A stretch of DNA of 64,000 nucleotides from an uncultured Chloroflexia bacterium (lineage in GTDB: Bacteria > Chloroflexota > Limnocylindria > QHBO01), in the NCBI GenBank assembly GCA_963847375.1, contig CAWJZO010000001.1, forward strand, positions 1,008,843 to 1,072,842. Direction: 5' to 3'. The notes below the pieces were generated by a model. The model was not told the DNA's origin. It saw nothing but the letters and a program-made list of their open reading frames with translations, and ran no database searches. Positions within the stretch are counted from its first letter, which is position 1. Each line of letters opens with the position of its first letter. Made by a program: the position numbers and the translations under genes. Below, one piece after another: positions 1 to 8,279 of the stretch.

Positions 1-1
1 C

Positions 2-664
2 TCGGGCCTGATGTCGGTGACCGGCGAGCATGATGGTCCGCCGATGAAGGTCGGCGTGGCGCTCCTCGACCTCATCGCAGGGCTGGAGTGCGCGGTCGGA
101 GCGCTTGCGGCGCTCGTCGGCCGGCGAGGCTCATCGGTCAGCGTCAACCTCTTCGAGGCCGGGGTGACCTCGCTGATCAACGTGCTCGGCGGGTATCTGA
201 CCACCGGCGTCGAGCCGGAACGTCACGGAAACGCGCACCCGAACATCGCGCCGTACCAAGCGTTCGAGGCGCGTGACGGGTTCCTGGTCGTCGCCGTCGG
301 CAACGACGCACAATTCGGTCGCCTCCTGGATGTGCTCGGCTTGACCGATGTGGACGGTCGATTCGCGACGAACGCGCTGCGGGTGGGTGCGCGCGAAGAG
401 CTGGCCGATTGGCTCGGCGAGGCGATCGGTTCCTGGGAGCGCCATACGCTGGTGGATGCGCTGTCGGCGGCGGACGTGCCCGCCGGACCGGTCAACAGCG
501 TGCCCGAGGCGGTCGCATCAATGGGCGATGGATGGGTCCAGGAGCTCGATGGCGTGCGATTGGCGCCTGGGCCGTTGCGCGTCGAGGGTCGGCCCACACC
601 CCTGCGGCGGCAGCCGCCCCGCCTCGGCGAGCACAACGCAGAAGTGTTATCCCAGCTCGGGTGA
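2..664 (+). CDS. CoA-transferase family III (CaiB/BaiF type), C-terminal part; the 5' end lies outside the window
   Basis: The frame of ORF 11..664 is open to the window edge. Sequence such as GLMSVTGE...KVGVALLDLIAG...NAHPNIAPYQAF.ARDG.LVVAVGND.QF is typical of family III CoA-transferases. Confidence 0.8.
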   Translation, partial: SGLMSVTGEHDGPPMKVGVALLDLIAGLECAVGALAALVGRRGSSVSVNLFEAGVTSLINVLGGYLTTGVEPERHGNAHPNIAPYQAFEARDGFLVVAVGNDAQFGRLLDVLGLTDVDGRFATNALRVGAREELADWLGEAIGSWERHTLVDALSAADVPAGPVNSVPEAVASMGDGWVQELDGVRLAPGPLRVEGRPTPLRRQPPRLGEHNAEVLSQLG

Positions 665-1360
665 GGGTTTGGAGCGGGAGACGGGATTCGAACCCGCGAC
701 ATCAACCTTGGAAGGGTCGCGCTCTTCCAACTGAGCTACTCCCGCTCGGCGCGCCGCCCACGTCCTCAGACGATGGCAGTTGGCGCAGACAATATCGCAC
801 TTCGCGACCTCGTCCACGATTGCAGCGGTGGTCGCCCGGCCGACCATGCGCGAAACGGTAAAGCGCTTCAAGGCCGGATCGCGGTGGTCGAAGTCCATCG
901 CGCATGCCTCGAAGCGATCACCGCAGTCCGCGCAAGGCACGTCTCGCAGCCGTTCCAGAAGGTCGGCCTGCTCTTGCCATTTCCGCGCCCTGAGGATCTG
1001 CGACGGCGCAGTGGATACGGGTCGTCGTGAACGGCGCCAGGAGGCGTCGCGCGTTCGGATCCGATGGCAGTTGACGCACAAGATGTCGCACTTGGCGACC
1101 TCCGCGAGCACGCGCGCGGTCGACATCAGCATCGCCCGGCCGGTCATCAGTTTGAACGACTTCGTCGCCGGGTCCCGGTGGTCGAAGTCCATCTGATGAG
1201 GTTTGAACCGCCCGCCGCAGTCGTCGCAGGGGACGCGCCTCAGGTCTCGTAGGAGCTCGACCATGCCGGCCTGGCGCACCCGAACGCGCTGGAGTTCGAG
1301 GTATCGATTTCGCCGGTAGTACTCGACGTTGTAGGGTCGCTGGCTGGGTCGGGCGGACAC
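647..1360 (-). CDS. Tandem-duplicated HNH / His-Me finger endonuclease-like protein; the C-terminal tail is encoded by the tRNA-Gly sequence
   Basis: There are two ~98-residue repeats, each with C-x2-C ... MDFDHRDP ... AKCD(I)-x-C-x-NCHR-x-RT. I chose the GTG start at 1360 because a TAAACT -10-like hexamer (1371..1366) lies 5 nt upstream, suggesting a leaderless mRNA. An ATG at 1264 is an alternative start. The first in-frame stop is TAA at 649..647, beyond the tRNA. Confidence 0.7.
   Translation of the reverse strand: MSARPSQRPYNVEYYRRNRYLELQRVRVRQAGMVELLRDLRRVPCDDCGGRFKPHQMDFDHRDPATKSFKLMTGRAMLMSTARVLAEVAKCDILCVNCHRIRTRDASWRRSRRPVSTAPSQILRARKWQEQADLLERLRDVPCADCGDRFEACAMDFDHRDPALKRFTVSRMVGRATTAAIVDEVAKCDIVCANCHRLRTWAARRAGVAQLEERDPSKVDVAGSNPVSRSKPSPELG
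670..745 (-). tRNA. tRNA-Gly (anticodon UCC), CCA encoded
   Basis: The reverse complement folds by hand into a 76-nt cloverleaf: acceptor GCGGGAG/CTCCCGC, D stem GCTC/GAGC, anticodon loop CTTCCAA, T arm GCGGG-TTCGAAT-CCCGT, 3' CCA. Confidence 0.95.
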
Positions 1361-1427
1361 GACTAAGTTTAGCACAGATGTTCTATTAGGCGACAGACGG
1401 CCGCCAAAGCGGCTCGCGCACCGCGCA

Positions 1428-3101
1428 CTAGTCCCTTGGGGTCGTTCCTCGATGATCCGCCGGACCGCGTGATCTTTGACCCCGCGCAGCTGCCAGGCCG
1501 CTGATGAGCATGGCGGCGAGCACCAGGGCAAGCAAGGACGTGCCAATCGCGACCGGTGGCGGGCCATGCACGCTGGTATCGGGGAGCGGCGGCGGCGATG
1601 CGGCGGGCGTCGGGTCTGGCGTCACAGTGGGGTCGGGCGTCGGCGTCGGCACTGGCGGGCCGACACTGTCGACGTCGGATGCCGCGACGGAGGGATAGGC
1701 GTTGCCGAGCAGGTCCTCGAACGAGACGCTCGCATCGTTCGTCACGCTGCCCGTGGCGTCCTCGTCGACGGTGACCGTGACCTCAACCTCGGCAAACTCA
1801 CCTGCGTTGATCCAGTTGTCGAACGTCGCGGTCACCACGCCCGAGCTCTCGCCGCATGACCCGGTCTGGGGGAGCACGATCGCGCAACGGGTGAAGGTCG
1901 AGTTGTTCGGGATCGTGTCGGTCACCACGATCCCGTGAGCGGCGCCCGCCGTGGGGCCGGCCGACGTGTTCGAGATCGTGATCGTGTAGGTGAGCTCTTC
2001 TCCGGCGGGCGCAACCGTGGAGCCATCGGTCTTTGAGATGCTCATGGCTGGAGTCGGAGGCTGAGCGTAGTAGACCCCGACGCCGTTCTGTCCCTCCTGG
2101 ATGAACTGGTTCGTCGCGGAGAGGCAGGTGACGATCCGCCACCAGCCACCTTCGGGACTGGAGATCGTGTCCCCGCCACGCGCGATCGTTCCGTTGTTCC
2201 ATTGGCCGTCGGTCGACAGCGTTCCCGCCACCCCGCCGGTGAGCCCGGTCGGGTCATAGGCATCGGACGGGGCGTAGTAGCGCACGCGATTGCTCCCGTC
2301 CATGTCGAAGTTGTGGAACGTCGCAGTTGGCTGGCCGGGAGCGACGTACTGGTGCAGCGTGAGGCAGATGACGCCTCCTGCGCTCTGCTGGTACGTGATC
2401 TGGACCTGGCCAACGACGATCTCGTCGTTGGTGCCCGGTTGGCCGTCCGTGTCGTCGGAGTTCGCCGGCGGAGCATTGTTGGGGTCCGCGTCCGAGTCGC
2501 TGCCGACGCGCAGGCGCCATCCATTGTCATCGTTCCCCTCGCCGGGCGCCGTCGTCAGGACCGCGGACCGCAGGACGTACGCGCCGCACGTCGGCGGGTC
2601 GAGTGTCGCGTGCCGCACCCAGGCTTCGGGGACCGCGGGTGCGCCCGGCGCGTAGGTCGCCCGTGTGCCTGGGATCCCCGTTCCCGGTCCCGGCTGGTCG
2701 TATCCGGGGCCGATCGAGGCATTCGGGCCGTAAACCTCGAACTCGGTGAAGTCGTAGTCGTTGCGCGGCTCATCGCCCTGCCCGATCGAGCCGGCGACCT
2801 GGTTCATTTCGGGGCTGAACAGGTCGATGTGGATCGGAGTGCCGGACGGCCAGCCGCATGGGACGGTGATCGTCACGTAGTGATATCCCGATCCGGCGCC
2901 CGCCGCGTCGGCGCTGTACCAGTCGCCGATGCCCACCGGGGTGTTCGGCCCGCCAGTCTGGATATAGAACCCTCCGGTCGGCGGAACCTCGACGGCGGCA
3001 CCTTCGCGGGGCGGGAACCAGACCAGGAAACCTGCCGTCACCACCGCGGCGAGGGCGGCGGCACGGCCATAGCCGCGTCGGCTGCGGGTCAGAACGGGCA
3101 T
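1428..3101 (-). CDS. Secreted/cell-surface protein with a DUF11-like repeat domain, a Pro/Thr linker and an LPxTG-like (LPDTS) sorting signal
   Basis: An N-terminal signal/TM segment (AAALAAVVTAGFLVWF) is present. ISKTDGSTVAPAGEELTYTITISNTS..VTDTIP resembles DUF11. The C-terminus has PTPTPDPTVTPDPTP, then LPDTS, a hydrophobic helix and RGQRSR. The ATG at 3101 is preceded by GGAGA; a GTG at 3122 is an alternative start. Confidence 0.75.
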   Translation of the reverse strand: MPVLTRSRRGYGRAAALAAVVTAGFLVWFPPREGAAVEVPPTGGFYIQTGGPNTPVGIGDWYSADAAGAGSGYHYVTITVPCGWPSGTPIHIDLFSPEMNQVAGSIGQGDEPRNDYDFTEFEVYGPNASIGPGYDQPGPGTGIPGTRATYAPGAPAVPEAWVRHATLDPPTCGAYVLRSAVLTTAPGEGNDDNGWRLRVGSDSDADPNNAPPANSDDTDGQPGTNDEIVVGQVQITYQQSAGGVICLTLHQYVAPGQPTATFHNFDMDGSNRVRYYAPSDAYDPTGLTGGVAGTLSTDGQWNNGTIARGGDTISSPEGGWWRIVTCLSATNQFIQEGQNGVGVYYAQPPTPAMSISKTDGSTVAPAGEELTYTITISNTSAGPTAGAAHGIVVTDTIPNNSTFTRCAIVLPQTGSCGESSGVVTATFDNWINAGEFAEVEVTVTVDEDATGSVTNDASVSFEDLLGNAYPSVAASDVDSVGPPVPTPTPDPTVTPDPTPAASPPPLPDTSVHGPPPVAIGTSLLALVLAAMLISGLAAARGQRSRGPADHRGTTPRD

Positions 3102-3264
3102 CGAATCTCCATGCGGGGGCACCGCGAGCAGAGACTAACGCATCGCAAAGCCCGAACCTCACTTGACTGCACACATAGACTTACGCGGCGGCCCGGGACC
3201 AGAGCCCGGCGGGAAGGTTCATGGACCGGACCGTTCGGGGGGCACACCGGAGGAGGATTGGCAC

Positions 3265-4779
3265 GTGACAGCTACCGCGCAGTCCCCAGACCCCGCGTCT
3301 CCGACTCTCGCGCGCAACGCGATCGGCCTGACCGAAGTCCTGTTCCAGTCGATCACGCACATGGCACCGGCCGTCGCGACGGCCATCTCGATCGGCGCCG
3401 CGACCGCGTTCGCGGGCGGGATCACGCCACTCGCGCTCCTGTTCGCGATGATCGCGGTGCTCTTCACCGCCTATTCGATGAGCGAGCTGGCGCGCCACCT
3501 TCCCTCGGCGGGCGGGATGTACACCTACGTCGGGCGAGGGCTCGGCTCGTTCTTCGGCTGGATGGTCGCCTGGGCGTTCGCCTTCGCCGAGCCCCTGATC
3601 ATGCCGATCCTGCTCGGCGGCTTCGGGTTCTACGGCGCGATCTTCCTGTCGACGTACCTGGGCGTGGAGTTCGCGCAGGCCTGGATCGTCCTGGCGCTCG
3701 TGTGCGCGGCGCTCGTGTGGTTCCTCAACTATCGCGGCGTCGCGCTCTCGACCCGGACTGGCGTGGCCCTCGGCCTGATCGAGATCGGCATCTTCCTCGT
3801 CATCTCGGCGCTTCTCATCGTCAACGCCGAGGAGAACACGCTGAGCGTCTTCGTCCCGGGGGAGGCGGGCCTGCTGCCGGCGTTCCAGGGCATGATCTTC
3901 TGCCTCCTGGCCTTCATCGGCTTCGAGGCCGCCGCACCTCTCGGCGAGGAGACGGAGGAACCGCGACGGACGATCCCGAAGGCGGTGATCTACTCGGCGG
4001 TCCTGGTCGGCGTCTTCTACGTCTTCAACATGTACGCCGCCACGGTCTACTTCGGGCCGGACCAGATGACCGACTTCCTCGCCGCCAACGACGGGGATCC
4101 GTGGGGCGGGATGGCGACCGAGGTGCTCGGCACGGCCGGCGGCCTGCTCGTGATCTTCGCCATCCTCAACAGCTGCGTCGCGAACGCCAACTCGAGCGCC
4201 ACGGCGGCGACCCGCTCGCTGTTCGCGATGGGCCGGGCCACGCTGATCACTCGCTGGTTCGCGGCAATCCACCCGAACTACAAGTCCCCGGTGAACGCCG
4301 TCCACTTCCAGACGATCGTGGCGATCATCGTCGCCATCGGCATCGGGCTGGCGTTGCCGGACGACCCGATCCCCGGAGCGCCGGGGCTCAACGTGTACAT
4401 CTGGCTTGGGACGGCCGTCGGGCTGCTCTTCGCCGGCATGTACATCCTCGTCAACCTTGCCTGCATCGGTTACTTCATGCGTGAGCGCCGCAGCGAGTTC
4501 AATCCGCTCAAGCACCTCGTCGTGCCGATCCTGGGCGTGATCGCGATGATCCCGGCGGTGCTGGCCGTCATCGGGGGTGTCACGATCCCGATCCTCGACG
4601 TCGAGCTCGCGCCGTACGAGAACTCGTTGCGCTTTACGGCACCGGTCGTCGGCGTGTGGGTGCTGCTCGGGATCGTCCTCTATTTCGTGCTCCGCGCCAT
4701 GCGCCCTGAAGCACTCGAGCGGGTGGGCGACGTCTACGGAGGCGGGGACGTCCTGCCGGACGAGCCGGGCAGCCACTGA
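3265..4779 (+). CDS. Amino acid/polyamine (APC superfamily) permease
   Basis: The protein is hydrophobic with about 12 TM segments and APC-like motifs (LTEVLFQSITHMAP, FIGFEAAAPLGEE). The GTG at 3265 is preceded by AGGAGG at 3251-3256. Confidence 0.85.
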   Translation: MTATAQSPDPASPTLARNAIGLTEVLFQSITHMAPAVATAISIGAATAFAGGITPLALLFAMIAVLFTAYSMSELARHLPSAGGMYTYVGRGLGSFFGWMVAWAFAFAEPLIMPILLGGFGFYGAIFLSTYLGVEFAQAWIVLALVCAALVWFLNYRGVALSTRTGVALGLIEIGIFLVISALLIVNAEENTLSVFVPGEAGLLPAFQGMIFCLLAFIGFEAAAPLGEETEEPRRTIPKAVIYSAVLVGVFYVFNMYAATVYFGPDQMTDFLAANDGDPWGGMATEVLGTAGGLLVIFAILNSCVANANSSATAATRSLFAMGRATLITRWFAAIHPNYKSPVNAVHFQTIVAIIVAIGIGLALPDDPIPGAPGLNVYIWLGTAVGLLFAGMYILVNLACIGYFMRERRSEFNPLKHLVVPILGVIAMIPAVLAVIGGVTIPILDVELAPYENSLRFTAPVVGVWVLLGIVLYFVLRAMRPEALERVGDVYGGGDVLPDEPGSH

Positions 4780-4786
4780 CCGATAC

Positions 4787-4808
4787 GGGCCGGCGGCGAC
4801 GCCGGCCC
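4787..4808. terminator. GC-rich hairpin between convergent genes (candidate bidirectional terminator)
   Basis: GGGCCGGCG-gcga-CGCCGGCCC forms a 9-bp perfect stem in the 38-nt gap between the permease stop and the acetamidase stop. There is no clear U-tract. Confidence 0.45.
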
Positions 4809-4817
4809 GCATCTCCT

Positions 4818-5756
4818 TCAGCCGAAAATGCCCAGCGGGCAGTGGGCGGTGACGACGAAGTTCGGTACGTCCACGATCTCGCTGATCCGCAGGTCGACCG
4901 CGACCGAGCAGAGAAGGTAGGCCTGCATCGGCTCCAGGCCGTGCTCGCGCGCGAGCCATTCGATCATCCGACGCACGGCGTCGCGAGAGGCCTCCATGAG
5001 GTCCGGACCGATGCCGTCAGTGGCGTAACGCGGCCCGTTGCGCAGGACGGCGTGTGGGTCGGGCGCGGCGACGAACTCCGGTCCGGTGAGATGCAGGTCC
5101 TTGCGCACGGTGAGGCGCACGAGCGCGCGCATCGGTGTCTCGATGGCGGTCCCCGATACCTCCCCATCGCCCTGGGTCGCATGGCCATCGCCGGCGGAGA
5201 AGCGGGCGCCGGCATGGAACACGGGCAGGAAGAGCGTCGAGCCGGCCACCAGATGGCGCGTGTCCATGTTGCCGCCGTGGAGGTCCGGGGGAATCGTCGA
5301 GAGCGGTCCAGTCTCGGGCGCCACGCCGAGCTCGCCGCAGAACGGCGCCATCGGCAGGCGGATGCCCGGCCAGAACTCGATCGGGCCGTCGCTCGGCAGC
5401 CGCGTGATCTTCAGGTGGGCATCGGGGAAGTCGTCGGCGAGCAGGCCGAAGCCGGGGATCGACGCCGTCCAGCCCCAGTCGGCCGGCTCGAACTCGAGAA
5501 GGTCGACCTGGAGCGTGTCGCCCGGCTCGGCACCAGCCACCTCGACCGGCCCGGTGACCTGGTCCACGCTGGCGAAGTCGAGCGTCGCGAGCGAATCGGT
5601 GGTCGAGGCCGCGGTGATCTGCCCGTTCGAGGCGTCGAGGCAGTCGAACTCGACGAGGTCGCCGGATCCGACCGATGCGACCGGCGGGATCGCGGGGTCC
5701 CAGGCGAGGTGGTTCTGGTCCCGGGCGATGCGGGTCGCCGGCCTGCTTGCGGCCAT
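4818..5756 (-). CDS. Acetamidase/formamidase family amidohydrolase (FmdA/AmdA)
   Basis: HLAWDPAIPPV..V.SGD.V.F.C.DA..GQI......D....LD...V...TGP..V.GA.PGD.L.V.LL matches the FmdA_AmdA family. The ATG at 5756 lies 2 nt after the stop of the upstream gene. Confidence 0.85.
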   Translation of the reverse strand: MAASRPATRIARDQNHLAWDPAIPPVASVGSGDLVEFDCLDASNGQITAASTTDSLATLDFASVDQVTGPVEVAGAEPGDTLQVDLLEFEPADWGWTASIPGFGLLADDFPDAHLKITRLPSDGPIEFWPGIRLPMAPFCGELGVAPETGPLSTIPPDLHGGNMDTRHLVAGSTLFLPVFHAGARFSAGDGHATQGDGEVSGTAIETPMRALVRLTVRKDLHLTGPEFVAAPDPHAVLRNGPRYATDGIGPDLMEASRDAVRRMIEWLAREHGLEPMQAYLLCSVAVDLRISEIVDVPNFVVTAHCPLGIFG

Positions 5757-5758
5757 CG

Positions 5759-6070
5759 CTACTCGACCTCGATCTTCTCGGAGCCCGGCCGCGAGGGCGA
5801 TACCGGCTCGGCGGGCGCATCGGGCTCGTCGAGGCCGGCAATCCATCGGTCCAGGTAGACGCGCGCGGCCATCAGCTGCTCCTTGGTCGCGGCCTTCAGG
5901 TGGCGGCGCGCTTCCTCCGGAAAGACCGTGTGCGTGACGGCCCAGAAGGCCTCCTCCAGGCCGGATCGGCTCTGCTCCAGCATGGCCCGCGGCGTGCGGC
6001 GCTCCAGCGCGGCGATGCGGCGCTCGAGGTCGGCCGCGCGGTCGCCGTCGGGACTCGTCGGATCGGTCAT
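5759..6070 (-). CDS. Hypothetical 103-aa acidic, helical protein
   Basis: The ORF has good GC3 bias. Its ATG overlaps the ArsA stop (ATGA at 6067-6070). I recognised no family. Confidence 0.6.
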   Translation of the reverse strand: MTDPTSPDGDRAADLERRIAALERRTPRAMLEQSRSGLEEAFWAVTHTVFPEEARRHLKAATKEQLMAARVYLDRWIAGLDEPDAPAEPVSPSRPGSEKIEVE

Positions 6071-7257
6071 GTTCGGGCTCCTTCGCGTTCGGGGACTCCA
6101 AAGCGGATCTTGAGCGTGCCGTCCTCAAAGCGGGCACCCTCGGTGGGGGCGTCGACGAGGATCCGGGGCAGGACGAGCGTCCGGCGCCACGTGCCGAGGT
6201 CGATGACGAGCTCGTCGGCGCGGCGGGAGAGGTTGATCTGGCGCTTCTCGGTGAACGGCAGATCGACCGAGAGCATGAAGGTGCCGTTCTCACGGCTGAC
6301 CTCGTACGGGCGCCCGCGGTAGAAGAAGCTCACCGGGTCGTCGTCGCCGTAGAGCGCGTCCGCCAGCTCGCGCAGCAGGTCGATCCCGACCATCTCGCGG
6401 TCGAAGAATGGCGCCTTGCGCACCGGGATGGGGTGGAACGTGTTGTCGACCAGCGGGCCGTAGCGCTGCTGAGCTTTGTACCAGCCGCGGAAGTACTCGC
6501 CGACCTCGTCGGGCAGGACGCGGTTGGCGATGACGAGGTCCGTCGGGTAGCCATAAAGGTGGAAGTAGGTGAACGAGCGCTGCGCCTCCGCGATCACGAC
6601 TTGCTCGAGGGTGAGCACGACCCGGATCGAGGTCGTGTCCGGATCGGTCAGGAGCGTGTGGAGGTCCTCGAGGCGGGCGAAGAGCGCTTCGCCCGCGTTG
6701 AAGACGTCGTCGCCGGGCATCGGCATGCCGACCACGCGCTGAACGATCGGCCCGGTGAGCTTCGAGATGCGCCGTCCGAGCGGCTCGACCTTCTGCATCC
6801 ACCAGCGCCCGGCCTCCGGAAGGCTGAGCAGGCGCAGGGTCTCGCCGGTGGGGGCGGCGTCCACGACGACCACGTCGTACGCGCCCGAGTCGTGGTGGTC
6901 GGCGATCCACAGCAGCGAGCCGACCTCGTCCATGCCGGGCAGGACCGTCATCTCTTCGGCCATCACGTCGTCGAGGCCGCGCCAGCGCAGCACCGAAGCG
7001 GCGTACTCCTGGATCCGGCCCCAATAGCGGTCGACGTTGAAGAAGACGTCCGACTCCTGCGCCCACAGGTTCCGGCTGAGCTCGAGCGGCGTCGGGCCGA
7101 GCTCACGGGCGAACGCGTCGCCCAGCGAGTGGGCGATGTCGGTCGAGATGATGATCGTGCGGTAGCCGCGATCGGCGCAGGCAACGGCAGTGGCTGCGGC
7201 GATGCTCGTCTTGCCGACGCCGCCCTTGCCGGTGTACACGAGGATGCGGGCACTCAC
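6067..7257 (-). CDS. ArsA/Get3-family anion-transporting ATPase-like protein
   Basis: A deviant Walker A (TGKGGVGKTS), the ISTD.AHSL motif and DxAPTGxTLRLL are present. The start codon is GTG. Confidence 0.9.
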   Translation of the reverse strand: MSARILVYTGKGGVGKTSIAAATAVACADRGYRTIIISTDIAHSLGDAFARELGPTPLELSRNLWAQESDVFFNVDRYWGRIQEYAASVLRWRGLDDVMAEEMTVLPGMDEVGSLLWIADHHDSGAYDVVVVDAAPTGETLRLLSLPEAGRWWMQKVEPLGRRISKLTGPIVQRVVGMPMPGDDVFNAGEALFARLEDLHTLLTDPDTTSIRVVLTLEQVVIAEAQRSFTYFHLYGYPTDLVIANRVLPDEVGEYFRGWYKAQQRYGPLVDNTFHPIPVRKAPFFDREMVGIDLLRELADALYGDDDPVSFFYRGRPYEVSRENGTFMLSVDLPFTEKRQINLSRRADELVIDLGTWRRTLVLPRILVDAPTEGARFEDGTLKIRFGVPEREGART

Positions 7258-7305
7258 CGAGGCCAGGCTCCGCTGCGGGGTCCGGTGATTCTAAGCCGAT
7301 GCAGG

Positions 7306-8250
7306 TCAGGTGCCGGCGAGGCGCTCCACGACCGCGTCAAGCTCCCCAAGAGCGCCGACCATGACGGAGCTGATCCCGAGCCCCTCGCGGTGCCGTTGCA
7401 GCTTCTCGACGAAGCCGTCGACCGTGTTGATGAAGATGTGCGGCGAGTCGAGCAGGTCCTCGGCGGAGACCGCGATCCCGCTTCGCTCGCGCAGCCGCTC
7501 CGCCACCTCGCCTGCCTCACGGAGCGGGTCCGACGTGATGCTGATGCCGGTCATCGAGGGGTAGACGTTGAGCTCGAGCGCAGCGAAACGGTCGCCGGCG
7601 GTCTCGCGCACCCATCCGATCTTTTCGCGCGTGCCCTCGAACGTGATCGATCGCGGATCGGGCGCGCGGTTGGGCAGGATGCGCGGCGCAAGGCCCACGA
7701 TCTGCGCCTCCCGCGCGGCGAGCGTCAGGGTCCTTCGGCCGCCGCCACCGATGAGGAAGGGCGGGTGCGGGCGCTGCGCGGGCTTGGGCTGCGCGTCATA
7801 GTCGGTGATCGTGTAGTGCTCGCCGGCGAACGTGAACGGGCCGTCGGCGAAGCAGCCCTTCAGCACGGCCACTGCCTCCGCCAGGCGCGCCTGGCGCACC
7901 GGCGTCGGATCGAAGGCCATGCCGATCGCCTCGTACTCGGCCCGGTTCCAGCCTGCGCCCACCGCCACGTCCAGCCGTCCCTCGCTGAGGACATCGAGGC
8001 TGGCAAGCTCCTGTGCCAGCACGGCGGGATGGCGCAGGTCGTTGTTGAGCACGAAGGCGGCGACGCGGAGGCGGTCCGAGACCGCAGCGATCGTCGCCAT
8101 CGTCGGCACCGGCGCCAGCTGTGGGATGAGGTGGTCGGGCACGACCAGCGTGTCGATGCCGATCGCCTCGGCGCGACGCGCCGTCTCGGTCAGCTCGCGA
8201 ATTGTGGCGATCTCGCGCGCATCGGCCAGGAAGCGGAAGGGCCTGGGCAT
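7306..8250 (-). CDS. LLM-class (luciferase-like) F420-dependent oxidoreductase
   Basis: MPRPFRF....R.....L...A...E..G.D.L.V.DH...Q.AP and the GAGW.R.EYEA.G pattern are typical of the TIGR03621-like LLM family. I chose the ATG at 8250; the longer ORF extension has no coding character. Confidence 0.85.
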   Translation of the reverse strand: MPRPFRFLADAREIATIRELTETARRAEAIGIDTLVVPDHLIPQLAPVPTMATIAAVSDRLRVAAFVLNNDLRHPAVLAQELASLDVLSEGRLDVAVGAGWNRAEYEAIGMAFDPTPVRQARLAEAVAVLKGCFADGPFTFAGEHYTITDYDAQPKPAQRPHPPFLIGGGGRRTLTLAAREAQIVGLAPRILPNRAPDPRSITFEGTREKIGWVRETAGDRFAALELNVYPSMTGISITSDPLREAGEVAERLRERSGIAVSAEDLLDSPHIFINTVDGFVEKLQRHREGLGISSVMVGALGELDAVVERLAGT

Positions 8251-8279
8251 GTCGGGCCCATTGTGGTCGACGGTGGGGG

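Noticed and set aside
647-745. An integrated mobile element using tRNA-Gly as its attachment site.
   Set aside because: No integrase, excisionase or direct repeat of the tRNA 3' end was seen on either side. The flanking genes are ordinary metabolic or surface genes with the same composition as the rest of the window.
2202-4484. Very long ORFs overlapping or antisense to the called genes. Examples are 2202..4484 (760 aa), 3181..4959 (592 aa), 21073..24165 (1030 aa), 8202..10175, 10704..12848, 16979..18826, 62091..63944 and 49963..51525.
   Set aside because: Their translations are Arg/Pro/Gly/Ala-rich low-complexity strings with no recognisable motifs. This is typical of stop-free alternative frames in ~70% GC DNA. 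In every case the other frame or strand encodes a protein with clear family motifs.
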